A DNA stretch of 64,000 bases, from positions 32,001 to 96,000 of the forward strand of contig JAVKHO010000009.1 of NCBI GenBank assembly GCA_031459915.1, read 5' to 3'. Source of the stretch: Candidatus Tepidifontimicrobium thermophilum (GTDB taxonomy: Bacteria; Sysuimicrobiota; Sysuimicrobiia; Sysuimicrobiales; Sysuimicrobiaceae). The notes below the pieces were generated by a model that worked only from the letters and a program-made list of their open reading frames with translations, had not been told where the DNA came from and ran no database searches. Shown here one piece after another: positions 21,074-30,856 of this stretch. Numbering within the stretch: position 1 is the first letter of the stretch; each line of letters begins with the position of its first letter. The position numbers and the translations under genes are program-made.

Positions 21074-22468
21074 GTGGAGCGAGGGGAGCGGGCGATCCGG
21101 GGTCGGATCGAGCTGGAGGAGTTGCGCCAGCTGGTGGAGACAGGCCAAGTGGACACCGTCCTGACGGTTTTCCCGGACCTGTACGGCCGGCTGGTGGGCA
21201 AGCGGGTGAGCGGGCAGTTCTTCCTCGACCACGTAGCTCCGGACGGCCTGCACGCGTGCGACTACTTGCTGGCCTGCGACATGGAGATGGACCCCGTGCC
21301 GGGGTACGCGTTCACGAGCTGGGAGGCGGGCTACGGGGACGTGCGGCTGGTGCCGGACTTCCGGACCCTGCGGGTCGCCTCCTGGCTGGACGCGAGCGCG
21401 GTGGTCCTGTGTGACGTCTACGAGGAGGAGCGGGACGTGCTGGTGGAGGTGGCGCCCCGCACGGTCCTGCGCCGACAGGTGGATCGGGCCCGGGCCCTGG
21501 GGTACGTGGCCATGGGCGGCTCGGAGCTGGAGTTCTACATCCTGCGGGACTCCTACGAGGAGGCGGCCCGCAAGCGGTACGTGGGCCTGGAGCCCTTCGG
21601 CCGGTACATCGAGGACTACCACATCCTGCAGGGGACGAAGGAGGAATTCCTGGTAGGGGCCCTGCGCCGCCATCTGGAGCGGTCCGGAATCCCCGTGGAG
21701 TTCTCCAAGGGCGAGTGGGGCCCCGGGCAGCAGGAGATCAACCTGCGCTACGCGGACTTCCTGGAGACCGCGGACCGCCACACGTTGTTCAAGCACGCGG
21801 CCAAGGAGGTCGCCTGGCAGAACAACGTGGCGGTGACCTTCATGGCCAAGTGGGATGAGCGGTACGCCGGTTCCAGCATGCACCTGCACGCAAGCCTGTG
21901 GGACGCGGAAGGCCGGCCCTTGTTCCCCGGAGAGGAGGCCCTGGGCCCCCTGCACGTATCGCCCCTGTTCCGGTGGTTCCTCGGCGGGTGGATGGCGCAC
22001 CTGGCGGAGATCACCGCGTTCTACGCCCCCTACCCGGCCTCCTACAAGCGGTACGTGGCGGGATCCTTCGCGCCCACCCGGGTGGCGTGGAGCTACGACA
22101 ACCGTACCGCCGGCTTCCGGGTGGTGGGGCACGGACCCTCCCTGCGCATCGAGTGCCGGGTGCCGGGCGCCGATGCCAACCCGTACCTGGCATTCGCCGC
22201 CACGCTGGCCGCGGGTTTGGACGGGATTGAGAACCGCACCGAGCCGCCGCCCATGTTCGAGGGCGACGCGTACGCGGCCGCGGACCTGCCGGAGGTGCCA
22301 CGGTCCCTTCCGGAGGCGGTGAAGCGGCTGGAGAGCAGCTCGTGGGCCCGGCAGGTGTTCGGCGACGCGGTGGTGGACCACTACGCGCACTTCTTCCGCA
22401 CCGAGCAGCGCAAGTTCGACCAGGTGGTGACGGACTGGGAGCGGGCCCGGTACCTGGAGCGGGCGTGA
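21074..22468 (+). CDS. Glutamine synthetase-like gamma-glutamyl-amine ligase (GlnA4/PuuA-like)
   Basis: DLYGRLVGKR, ELEFY, KGEWGPGQQE, TFMAK, GSSMHLHASL, DNRTAGFR, IECRVPGADANPY. Confidence 0.88.
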   Translation: MERGERAIRGRIELEELRQLVETGQVDTVLTVFPDLYGRLVGKRVSGQFFLDHVAPDGLHACDYLLACDMEMDPVPGYAFTSWEAGYGDVRLVPDFRTLRVASWLDASAVVLCDVYEEERDVLVEVAPRTVLRRQVDRARALGYVAMGGSELEFYILRDSYEEAARKRYVGLEPFGRYIEDYHILQGTKEEFLVGALRRHLERSGIPVEFSKGEWGPGQQEINLRYADFLETADRHTLFKHAAKEVAWQNNVAVTFMAKWDERYAGSSMHLHASLWDAEGRPLFPGEEALGPLHVSPLFRWFLGGWMAHLAEITAFYAPYPASYKRYVAGSFAPTRVAWSYDNRTAGFRVVGHGPSLRIECRVPGADANPYLAFAATLAAGLDGIENRTEPPPMFEGDAYAAADLPEVPRSLPEAVKRLESSSWARQVFGDAVVDHYAHFFRTEQRKFDQVVTDWERARYLERA

Positions 22469-23202
22469 GGGAGCGGGTGGAGGCGCCTAGGATCGGGATC
22501 ACCACGTACGGCCGCGACGAGCACGGACGGTTCTGCCTGCCCGCCGCGTACGTGGACGCAGTGCGGCGGGCGGGGGGCGTTCCACTCCTGCTGCCGCCCG
22601 GGGAAGCGCACCCCGAGCGGGTGCTGGAGGTGGTGGACGGCCTGATCCTTTCCGGTGGAGGCGACATCGACCCGGCCTGCTACGGCGGGCAGAGCCACCC
22701 GACCCTGTACCTGGTGGACCCCGAGCGGGACCGCTTCGAACTGCATCTCGCCCGGGCGGTGGTGGACCAGGACGTCCCAGTCCTGGGAATCTGCCGCGGG
22801 TCGCAGGTGCTCAACGTGGCGTGGGGCGGGGACCTGATCCCGCACCTGCCCGAGGGCGAGGACGCACCGGTCCGGCACCGGCTTCCCCCTCGAACCCCTA
22901 CGGACCACCCGGTGAGTGTGGACCCTGGCAGCCGCCTGGCCGGCATCCTCGGAGAACCCGAGCTGTCCGTGCGCTCGTGGCACCACCAGGCGGTGCAGCG
23001 CGTGGCGTCCGGCTGGCGTGCGGTGGCGTGGGCGCCGGACGGGACCGTGGAGGCGGTGGAGTGGCAACAGGATGCGTGGGCCGTGGGCGTGCAGTGGCAC
23101 CCGGAGCTTTCCATGGACAGTCCGGTGCACCGGAGGCTGTTTGAGGCGCTCGTCCAGGCCGCGGCGCAGCGCCGCCAGGCCCGGCAGAGAGCGGAGCGGT
23201 AG
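22465..23202 (+). CDS. Gamma-glutamyl hydrolase (peptidase C26, PuuD-like)
   Basis: DGLILSGGGDIDP, PVLGICRG.Q.LNVA.GG, HHQAV, GVQWHPE. Confidence 0.88.
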   Translation: MRERVEAPRIGITTYGRDEHGRFCLPAAYVDAVRRAGGVPLLLPPGEAHPERVLEVVDGLILSGGGDIDPACYGGQSHPTLYLVDPERDRFELHLARAVVDQDVPVLGICRGSQVLNVAWGGDLIPHLPEGEDAPVRHRLPPRTPTDHPVSVDPGSRLAGILGEPELSVRSWHHQAVQRVASGWRAVAWAPDGTVEAVEWQQDAWAVGVQWHPELSMDSPVHRRLFEALVQAAAQRRQARQRAER

Positions 23203-23224
23203 ACGCAACCGGGAGGGAGTCGAC

Positions 23225-23998
23225 ATGCGGCTGCGGGACAAGGTGGCCCTGATCACCGGCGGGGGCAGCGGGATCGGCCGGGAGTCCGCGAAGCTGTTCG
23301 CCCGGGAGGGTGCGAGGGTGGTGGTGGTGGACATCAACGCGGAGGCGGGCGAGCGGACGGTGGCGGACATCCGCGCCGCGGGCGGGGAAGCCACCTTCTG
23401 CCGGGCGGACGTCACGCGGACGGAGGACGTGCAGGCCATGGTGGCCTGTGCGGAGGGTACCTACGGGCGGCTGGATGTTCTGTTCAACAACGCGGGGATC
23501 TTCCACCCGGAGGACGGGTCTGTGCTGGACACGGACGAACGGGTGTGGGACCTGGTGCTGGACGTGAACCTGAAGGGGGTGTTCCTGGGCTGCAAGTACG
23601 GGATCCCCGCCCTCCTGCGGGCGGGCGGGGGCTCGGTGATCAATACCGCCTCCTTCGTGGCCCTGATGGGGTCCGCGGTCTCCCAGGTGGCGTACACGGC
23701 CAGCAAGGGCGGGGTGTTGGCCCTGACCCGAGAGATCGCGGTGGAGTTCGCCCGGAAGAACATCCGGGCCAACGCCCTGTGCCCGGGGCCGGTGGAGACC
23801 CCGCTGCTGGCGGAGCTGCTATCGGACCCGGACCGGCGCCAGCGGCGGTTGGTCCACATCCCGGCGGGGCGCTTCGCCCGCGCGGAGGAGATCGCCCGGG
23901 CGGCGCTGTTCCTGGCTAGCGACGAGTCCTCCTACGTGAACGGCGCGGTGTTCGTGGTAGACGGCGGGATCACCGCGGCCTACCTGACCCCCGAGTGA
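23225..23998 (+). CDS. Short-chain dehydrogenase/reductase
   Basis: TGGGSGIG, NNAG, YTASKGG, NALCPGPVETP. Confidence 0.92.
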   Translation: MRLRDKVALITGGGSGIGRESAKLFAREGARVVVVDINAEAGERTVADIRAAGGEATFCRADVTRTEDVQAMVACAEGTYGRLDVLFNNAGIFHPEDGSVLDTDERVWDLVLDVNLKGVFLGCKYGIPALLRAGGGSVINTASFVALMGSAVSQVAYTASKGGVLALTREIAVEFARKNIRANALCPGPVETPLLAELLSDPDRRQRRLVHIPAGRFARAEEIARAALFLASDESSYVNGAVFVVDGGITAAYLTPE

Positions 23999-24043
23999 GC
24001 GCGCGGGGGAGAGGAAGGAAACTTCGAAGGGGGGTGACTCAAC

Positions 24044-25054
24044 ATGAAGAAGGACCGAGGGCTGCGGCGGGTGGTGGTGTGGCTCGTTGCGGTGTGCGGG
24101 GTGCTGCTGGCGGGACTGGCAGCGCCCGCGGCGACACCGGTGGTGGTGTACTCCGCCCTGGAGAACGACGAGATCGCGGAGTACCTGAAGGTGGCCCGCC
24201 AGGACCTCCCGGACCTGGATATCCGGGTGCTGCGGCTGTCCACGGGAGAGCTGGCCGCGCGGGTGCTGGCGGAGAAGGGGAACCCGCAGGCGGACGTCCT
24301 GTGGGGGGTGGCAGCCACCGCTACGATCCCCCTCGTACGGGAGGGGATCCTGGAGCCCTACGCGCCCAAGGGCGCCTACAAGATCCTCCGACAGTTCCGC
24401 GACCCCAAAGGCTACTGGACGGGGATTGACCTGTACGTGGGGGCCATCGCGGTGAACACCGTGGAGCTGACGAAGCGGCGGCTACCGGTCCCCCGCACGT
24501 GGAACGACCTGCTGAACCCCCAGTACAAGGGCCTCGTCATCATGCCCAACCCCCTCACCTCGGGGACGGGGTTCCTGCACGTGGTGGCGGTGCTCACGAA
24601 GTTCGGGGAACAGCGGGGTTGGCAGTACCTGGCGGAGCTGGACAGGAACATCGCCCAGTACACCCGCAGCGGCGGAGCGCCAGCCCGGATGGCGGCGCAG
24701 GGGGAGATCCCCATCGCCTTGTCCTTCGATTTCGCCGTGCTCAGCTTCAAGCAGCAGGGCTTCCCCGTGGAGCTGGTCTGGCCGGACGGCACAGGCTACG
24801 AGCTGGAGGTGAACGCCCTCATCAAGGGGGCCAGGAGCCCCGACGCGGCGAAACGGTTCTTGGACTGGGCCATCAGCCTGAACGCCATGCGGGCGTACGC
24901 CAGGTGGAAGATGGGCGTCACCATGCCGGGGGTCACCGCGGGCCCGCACGTCCCCCAGCTGCACACCGTGCCGCTCCTGAAAGTGGACTTCCAGTGGGCG
25001 GCCGAGCACCGGCAGCGGATCCTGGACGAGTGGAAGCGCCGGTTCACCCGGTGA
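24044..25054 (+). CDS. ABC solute-binding protein (Fe3+/2-aminoethylphosphonate/polyamine family)
   Basis: Signal peptide, STGELAARVLAEKGNPQADVLWG, MPNPLTSGTG, YTRSGGAP. Confidence 0.8.
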   Translation: MKKDRGLRRVVVWLVAVCGVLLAGLAAPAATPVVVYSALENDEIAEYLKVARQDLPDLDIRVLRLSTGELAARVLAEKGNPQADVLWGVAATATIPLVREGILEPYAPKGAYKILRQFRDPKGYWTGIDLYVGAIAVNTVELTKRRLPVPRTWNDLLNPQYKGLVIMPNPLTSGTGFLHVVAVLTKFGEQRGWQYLAELDRNIAQYTRSGGAPARMAAQGEIPIALSFDFAVLSFKQQGFPVELVWPDGTGYELEVNALIKGARSPDAAKRFLDWAISLNAMRAYARWKMGVTMPGVTAGPHVPQLHTVPLLKVDFQWAAEHRQRILDEWKRRFTR

Positions 25055-25097
25055 CGGAGGGGCGGTCCGCTGCAGGAGGGGTGAGGGAACCCGGGGG

Positions 25098-26162
25098 ATG
25101 GACGCGGAGCTCGTCCTAGACGGGCTGACCAAGCGGTTCGGCCCCGTGGCGGCGGTGGACGGCGTCAGCCTGGAGGTGGCCCCCGGGGAGTTCGTGTGCG
25201 TGCTGGGACCCAGCGGGTGCGGGAAGACGACCCTCCTGCGGCTGATCGCAGGGTTCGAGGCGCCCACCGCGGGGGCGATCTACTACCGGGGTGCACCCGT
25301 GCACCACCTGCCACCGCAGGAGCGGAACTTCGGGATCGTGTTCCAGTCCTACGCCTTGTTCCCCCACATGACCGTTTGGGACAACGTGGCCTTCGGCCTG
25401 CGGGTCCGCCGCCTTCCGGCAGTTACCGTGCGGGCCCGGGTCGCGGAGATGCTGGCCCTGGTAGGCCTGGAGCACGCCGCCCGCCTGTACCCGTCCCAGC
25501 TGAGCGGGGGGATGCAGCAGCGGGTGGCCCTGGCCCGGGCGTTGGCCGTCCAGCCCCGTGTGCTGCTGCTAGACGAGCCCCTCTCGGCCCTGGACGCGAA
25601 GATCCGAGTGCGGCTGCGGGCGGAGATCCGCCGGATCCAGCGGGAGCTGGGCGTGACGGTCCTCTACGTGACCCACGACCAAGAGGAAGCCCTGTCCATC
25701 GCGGACCGACTGGTGGTGATGTGGCAGGGGCGGGTACAGCAGGTAGGCCCTCCTCTGGAGGTGTACACGCGCCCGGCCACCCCCTTCGTGGCGGACTTCG
25801 TGGGCACCACCAACCTCCTGCGGGCGGAGGTGGGAGAGGACGGTGGGGTCCGCTGGGGGGACGTCCTCCTCGAGGTGGCGGGCCCGCTGTTACCCGCCGG
25901 CCCGGTCCTGCTGGCGGTCCGGCCGGAGCGGCTGCGGTTGGTGGACGGAGCTGCCGCTAGCCAGCGCAACTGCGTGACAGGCCGGGTGGAGGCCTGGACG
26001 TTCTTCGGGCCCTACGTGCGGTTGCACGTGAGCGCCAACGGCGAGCTGCTGGCGGTGGACGTGCCGCAGGAGGTCCTGGCGGACGCCGGGCTGCAGCGCC
26101 ACGCCCCGGTCACCGTGCACGTGCCGCGGGAAGCGGTCCTGGTGTTTCCCGCCCGCCCGTGA
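25098..26162 (+). CDS. ABC ATP-binding protein with TOBE domain
   Basis: GPSGCGKT, LSGGMQQRVALARA, LLLDEP, VTHDQEEA. Confidence 0.92.
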   Translation: MDAELVLDGLTKRFGPVAAVDGVSLEVAPGEFVCVLGPSGCGKTTLLRLIAGFEAPTAGAIYYRGAPVHHLPPQERNFGIVFQSYALFPHMTVWDNVAFGLRVRRLPAVTVRARVAEMLALVGLEHAARLYPSQLSGGMQQRVALARALAVQPRVLLLDEPLSALDAKIRVRLRAEIRRIQRELGVTVLYVTHDQEEALSIADRLVVMWQGRVQQVGPPLEVYTRPATPFVADFVGTTNLLRAEVGEDGGVRWGDVLLEVAGPLLPAGPVLLAVRPERLRLVDGAAASQRNCVTGRVEAWTFFGPYVRLHVSANGELLAVDVPQEVLADAGLQRHAPVTVHVPREAVLVFPARP

Positions 26163-27823
26163 GCGCCCCGCCCGCTGCGCTTCAGGTCCCCGTCCCCCGC
26201 CGGTGGACGGCCCGGGACCTGTGGACGACCCGGGTCACCACGGGAGTCCTGCTGCTGGCCTTCGCGGTCTTCGTCCTGTACCCGCTGCTCGAGATCGTGG
26301 CCCGGTCTTTCTGGAAATCGGGTGCGTTCAGCTGGGAGCACTACGCGGAGTTCCTGCAGGAGCCCAAGCTGTTCCAGACCGTCTGGAACAGCCTGGTGGT
26401 CTCCAGCCTCTCGACGGTCCTGACCGTGGTCCTGGCCTTCGGCTATGCGTACGTGCTGACCCACACCCACCTGTGGGGACGGTCGTTTCTGTGGATGGTG
26501 GGGCTGCTCCCCCTCATCGCGCCGTCCTTCGTGCAGGCCCTGGGCCTCATTTTCCTGTTCGGCCGCAACGGGCTCGTGACCCGCACCCTGCTGGGGCTGG
26601 ACTGGAACGTGTACGGCGCCGTGGGGATCGTGCTGGGGGAAGTGTTCTACTGTTTCCCCCACGCCCTCCTGGTGCTGTACACGAGTCTGAGCGCCCTGGA
26701 CGCGTCCCTGTACGAGGCCGCGCAGAGCCTCGGCGCACGGGGCTGGAGGGTCTTCTGGTGGGTGACCGTCCCCACCGTGCGGTACGCGGTCGCCGCGGCG
26801 AGTTTCCTCGTGTTCAACCTGGTGGTGACGGACTTCGGGACGCCCGTGGTGGTGGGCGGCGACTACCGGGTGCTGGCCACGGAGATCTACACGCAGGTGT
26901 TCGGGCTGCAGCGGTTCAGCATGGCGGCAGTGGTCAGCGTGGCGTTGCTGGTCCCGGCCCTCGCCTCCTTCGGCCTGGACGGGTACTTCCGCCGGAAGGC
27001 AGCCGCCACCCTCACGGGGCAGAGCCGGCCCTACGCGTACTCCCCCCGCGGCTGGGGCAGACTCGCCGCGGGTGCGTTCGCCTGGGGTTGGGCGGCGTTC
27101 GTCCTGCTCGTGTACGGGACGCTGGCGGCGGCCTCGCTGGTCCGGGTGTGGGGGTACGACTGGACCCTCACCCTCGCCCACTACCGGTTGGACGCGGTGG
27201 GCGTGCGGGAGGTCCTGCTCCGGGGACTCCAGCTGTCCGGGCTGGCGGCGCTCTGTGGCGCCCTGCTGAGCGTGGTGGTGGCGTACGTGGTGCACCGGCT
27301 GCGGCCACCGGGCGCCCGTCTGCTGTACGCCCTGGCGGTACTGCCCGCCGCGGTCCCGGGGACGGTGGTGGGATTGGGCTACCTGTTTGCTTTTAACAAG
27401 CCGCCCCTGGTGCTGGTGGGGACCGCGGGGATCATCGTACTCTCGTACGTATTCCGGTTTGTGACCCTGGGGACCCTGGCGGCCAGCGCCGCCCTGCAGC
27501 AGGTGGACCGGTCGGTGGAGGAGGCGGCCCAGAGCCTGGGTGCCAGTGCGGTGCGCACCTTCGTACAGGTGGTGTTCCCCCTGCTCCGGGTTGCCTTCTT
27601 CTCGTCCGCGGTGTACATCTTCGTGCGAAGCATGGTGACCCTGAGCGCGGTGATCTTCCTCATCGCCCCGGGGCTGGAGCTCCCGGCCACCGCGGTCCTC
27701 ACGCTGACCACGGACGGGAAACTGAGTGGGGCGGCGGCTCTGTCTACCCTGCTGGTGGCGGTGATCGGGCTGGTGGTCGCCGTCGCCCGCGTGGTGCTCC
27801 GCGTGCCCGTGGTGTTCCGTTGA
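26159..27823 (+). CDS. ABC permease, fused double TM domain
   Basis: Two EAA motifs (LYEAAQSLGA, VEEAAQSLGA), TDFGTP. Confidence 0.88.
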   Translation: MSAPPAALQVPVPRRWTARDLWTTRVTTGVLLLAFAVFVLYPLLEIVARSFWKSGAFSWEHYAEFLQEPKLFQTVWNSLVVSSLSTVLTVVLAFGYAYVLTHTHLWGRSFLWMVGLLPLIAPSFVQALGLIFLFGRNGLVTRTLLGLDWNVYGAVGIVLGEVFYCFPHALLVLYTSLSALDASLYEAAQSLGARGWRVFWWVTVPTVRYAVAAASFLVFNLVVTDFGTPVVVGGDYRVLATEIYTQVFGLQRFSMAAVVSVALLVPALASFGLDGYFRRKAAATLTGQSRPYAYSPRGWGRLAAGAFAWGWAAFVLLVYGTLAAASLVRVWGYDWTLTLAHYRLDAVGVREVLLRGLQLSGLAALCGALLSVVVAYVVHRLRPPGARLLYALAVLPAAVPGTVVGLGYLFAFNKPPLVLVGTAGIIVLSYVFRFVTLGTLAASAALQQVDRSVEEAAQSLGASAVRTFVQVVFPLLRVAFFSSAVYIFVRSMVTLSAVIFLIAPGLELPATAVLTLTTDGKLSGAAALSTLLVAVIGLVVAVARVVLRVPVVFR

Positions 27824-28623
27824 CGGGGGCACCCGAGAGGGGGGATCGCGGGGCCAGGGGGGCTGCCTCCGAGGGGACCGCAGACCGGTTCCTGAGCGCG
27901 GTGTTCGCGCCCGTGCGTTCCCGCAACGTGGTGGAGGAGACGGTGGAGCGCATCGCGGGGGTGATCAAGGCCCGCTTGGTCAAGGTCGGCGACCAGCTCC
28001 CGCCCGAACGGGAGCTGGCCCGGCGGCTCGGGATCAGCCGGTCCACCCTGCGGGGCGCCCTGCGCATCCTGGTGGACGCGGGCTACCTGGAGGTCCGGCG
28101 CGGGCGGACCGGCGGGACCTTCGTGGCCCGGTGGCCGGACCTTCCGCGGGCGCGGGAACGGAGGGCGGTGCTGAACCGCGTCCGCCACGACATCCCCGCC
28201 ATCCTGGACTTCCGCCGGGCCGTGGAGCCCGCGGCCGCGGAGCTGGCCGCGGAGCGGGCGTCCCCCGTGGAGATCCGGGAGCTGGGGCAGCTGCTGTCCA
28301 GCATGCGGGGTGCGGAGCGCAACTTTACCGTCTACCGCGCCTACGACGCCCGTTTCCACGTGGGGATCGCGGCGGCGGCAAAAAGTCCGCTCCTCCTGGA
28401 CAGCGTGGTTCGGCTGCAGACGTCCCTCACGGAGATTTTGGACCTCATCGTGCACCACTCGGAGGAGGTGCTGCGCCACTCCACGGAGTACCACTGGCGG
28501 ATCCTGGAGGCCATCCGCGAGCACCGTCCCGCGCAGGCGCGCCAGCTCATGCTGGATCACATCCGGGCCACGGAGAACATCGTGCACGGGCTGGTCCCCG
28601 AGGTGGAGGTGCCGGCGCGATGA
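27820..28623 (+). CDS. GntR/FadR family transcriptional regulator
   Basis: GDQLPPERELARRLGISRSTLR HTH; FCD domain DARFHVGIA...HWRILEAI. Confidence 0.9.
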   Translation: MTGAPERGDRGARGAASEGTADRFLSAVFAPVRSRNVVEETVERIAGVIKARLVKVGDQLPPERELARRLGISRSTLRGALRILVDAGYLEVRRGRTGGTFVARWPDLPRARERRAVLNRVRHDIPAILDFRRAVEPAAAELAAERASPVEIRELGQLLSSMRGAERNFTVYRAYDARFHVGIAAAAKSPLLLDSVVRLQTSLTEILDLIVHHSEEVLRHSTEYHWRILEAIREHRPAQARQLMLDHIRATENIVHGLVPEVEVPAR

Positions 28624-29027
28624 CCCGCAGCCAAGTGCCGCCAGAGGGCGCGTCTTCCGCCGTGCACGTGCTGCTGTACGATGGGGACTGCGGCTTCTGC
28701 CGGTGGGCGGTAGGGAGGGTGCTGGGTTGGGACCGGGGGCGTCGGGTCCGCGCGTGCGCGCTGCAGGACCCGGAGGCGGCGCGGTGGCTGGGGGGGCTGC
28801 CGGAGGAAGTGCGGACGGCGTCGTGGCACCTGGTGGATCCCGAGGGCCGTGTAGCCTCCGGCGGCCGCGCGGTGGGACCCCTGCTGCGCTTGCTGCCCTT
28901 CGGCCGCCCCCTGGCAGCCCTGGCGGAGGCTTTCCCCAGGGTGACGGAAGCCGCCTACCGATGGGTGGCGCGCCACCGGTCCAGGCTGGGGCGGTTCGTC
29001 CGCGGGGGTTCGTGCGGCCAGCGTTAA
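28620..29027 (+). CDS. DCC-family thiol-disulfide oxidoreductase
   Basis: LLYDGDCGFC motif, YRWVARHR. Confidence 0.82.
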   Translation: MTRSQVPPEGASSAVHVLLYDGDCGFCRWAVGRVLGWDRGRRVRACALQDPEAARWLGGLPEEVRTASWHLVDPEGRVASGGRAVGPLLRLLPFGRPLAALAEAFPRVTEAAYRWVARHRSRLGRFVRGGSCGQR

Positions 29028-29043
29028 CCGACGGACCCCGCGG

Positions 29044-30027
29044 TCACGAGCCGCGTAGCTCTGGGGACGGCCGCAGGCGCAGGCCCTGCTCGCTGGGCTG
29101 GACCTCGGTACCGAGCTCCGCGCACAGCTCCCTCATGCGCTGGCAGATGGCCTCCCGCTCCCAGCCGTGCGCCAGCCCGGCCCGGAAGTGTCGGATGGTG
29201 GTGGGCACCAGCTCCACCTCCACGCCGCCCGGCTTCCACTCCAGGAGGAAGGCGAAGGACCAGTCGTTCCGCTCCACCTCGTCCACCGCGTAGTCGTCCA
29301 CGAAGTCCCCACAGCTGTAGAGGACCGCGCATGCGTCCACGAACTCCACGCCCCGGACGATGTGGGCGCTGTGGCCCCACACCACCTGGGCGCCTGCCCG
29401 GGCCAGCAAGCGTGCCGCCTCCCGGTGCTCCGGGAGGGGCCGGCGGCCCCAGTTGGGACCCCAGTGGGCGGAGACCACCACCGCGTCCACTTCGGCCGCC
29501 AGCTGGCGGGTGAGCTGCACCACCCGCTGGAAGCGGGGATCCTCGGGGTCTACGGGGGCGTAGAACACCCCGGGGCGGCCGGGTGCCGCTTCCCACCCGG
29601 GTTCGTTGTCGGTGAAGGCGACCAAGCCCACGCGAGTCCGCCCGCACGTCCACCGGGCCGGCCGCTGTGCCTCCTCCGCGTCCCTGCCCGCGCCCGCGTG
29701 GGCGATGCCCGCGGCGTCCAGCACCTGCAGGCAGTCCGCCAGGGCGTCCTCCCCGAAGTCCAGCACGTGGTTGTTCGCGAGGCTCACCGCCCGCACGCCC
29801 CCAGCTTCCAGCACCCGCACGTTCCGGGCATCCGAGCGGAACGTGAACAGCTTCCCGGGCCAGGGGGTCCCGCGGTCGGACAGCACGCACTCCAGGTTGC
29901 ACACCACGCCGTCGGTGCCCCGCAGCACGGGCAGCACGTCTCCCCAGGGGTCCGTGGGAGGGCGGTTCTGCAGCGCCCGGTTCACCAACCGGCCCAGCAT
30001 GACGTCTCCCAAAAACGCCAGCCTCAT
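29044..30027 (-). CDS. CapA/PGA_cap family metallophosphoesterase
   Basis: GDVMLGR, NLEC, SLANNHVLDFG, SAHWG, GHSAH, YSCGDF. Confidence 0.87.
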   Translation of the reverse strand: MRLAFLGDVMLGRLVNRALQNRPPTDPWGDVLPVLRGTDGVVCNLECVLSDRGTPWPGKLFTFRSDARNVRVLEAGGVRAVSLANNHVLDFGEDALADCLQVLDAAGIAHAGAGRDAEEAQRPARWTCGRTRVGLVAFTDNEPGWEAAPGRPGVFYAPVDPEDPRFQRVVQLTRQLAAEVDAVVVSAHWGPNWGRRPLPEHREAARLLARAGAQVVWGHSAHIVRGVEFVDACAVLYSCGDFVDDYAVDEVERNDWSFAFLLEWKPGGVEVELVPTTIRHFRAGLAHGWEREAICQRMRELCAELGTEVQPSEQGLRLRPSPELRGS

Positions 30028-30112
30028 GTCGTCCCCCGCGGAGGGAAGTCCGGGCCCTGCGCCGTAGCATCCCTGCGTTGCGCAGGATACCACGCGCGGG
30101 GCGGGGAGGGCC

Positions 30113-30856
30113 GTGGAGATCTGGATGAAGGCGGTGCCGTGTGGCCGGCTGCAGCCGGGACAGGATCTGGGCGCGTGGGTGGCTGACGCCCTGGAGCGGT
30201 CCGGGCTGCGGCCGCAGGACGGAGACGTCGTGGTGGTGGCCCACAAGGTGGTCTCGGTGGCGGAGGGGCGGGTGGTGCGCCTGGAGGAGGTCCGGCCTTC
30301 TGCGGCGGCTGTGCAACTCGCGCACCAGACGGGCAAGGACCCGCGGCTGGTGGAGCTGGTGCTGCGGGAGTCCACGGAGATCGTCCGTGCGCGTCCCGGT
30401 CTGCTGATCACACGGCACCGGCTCGGATTCGTGTGCGCCAACGGCGGCGTCGACCGTTCCAACGCGGGCCCGGGGTGTGCCGTCCTGCTGCCCGCTGACC
30501 CCGACGGATCCGCGCGGCGCCTGCGGGAGGCTCTGCGGGCCCGCTTCGGATGCCAGGTGGGCGTGGTGGTGGCGGACACCCACGGCCGCGCACACCGGGA
30601 GGGCGCGGTGGGGGTGTGCGTGGGGGTCGCGGGCCTGCAGCCGCTACTGGACCACCGCGGGCGGCACGACCTGTACGGGTACGTCCTGTCTAGCTCCGTG
30701 GAGGCGGTGGCGGACGAGCTGGCGTCCGCGGCCACCCTCCTGATGGGCCAGGCGGACGAGAACCGCCCCCTCGTGCTGATCCGGGGCTGGTCCGCCAGGG
30801 GCGAGGGCAGCGCCCGGGCGCTGGTGCGGCGCCCGGAGCGTGACCTCTTCCGCTAG
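30113..30856 (+). CDS. cofE: Coenzyme F420-0:L-glutamate ligase
   Basis: GDVVVVAHKVVSVAEGR, CANGGVDRSN, LLPADPD.SA, DTHGR, AVADELASAA. Confidence 0.85.
   Translation: MEIWMKAVPCGRLQPGQDLGAWVADALERSGLRPQDGDVVVVAHKVVSVAEGRVVRLEEVRPSAAAVQLAHQTGKDPRLVELVLRESTEIVRARPGLLITRHRLGFVCANGGVDRSNAGPGCAVLLPADPDGSARRLREALRARFGCQVGVVVADTHGRAHREGAVGVCVGVAGLQPLLDHRGRHDLYGYVLSSSVEAVADELASAATLLMGQADENRPLVLIRGWSARGEGSARALVRRPERDLFR

Noticed and set aside
21074..22468. Housekeeping glutamine synthetase glnA
   Set aside because: The KGEWGPGQQE-type sequence and the hydrolase/ALDH/SDR context fit gamma-glutamyl-amine ligases better.
29044..30027. Poly-gamma-glutamate capsule locus
   Set aside because: Only a lone CapA-family protein, with no capB/capC and no obvious export signal.
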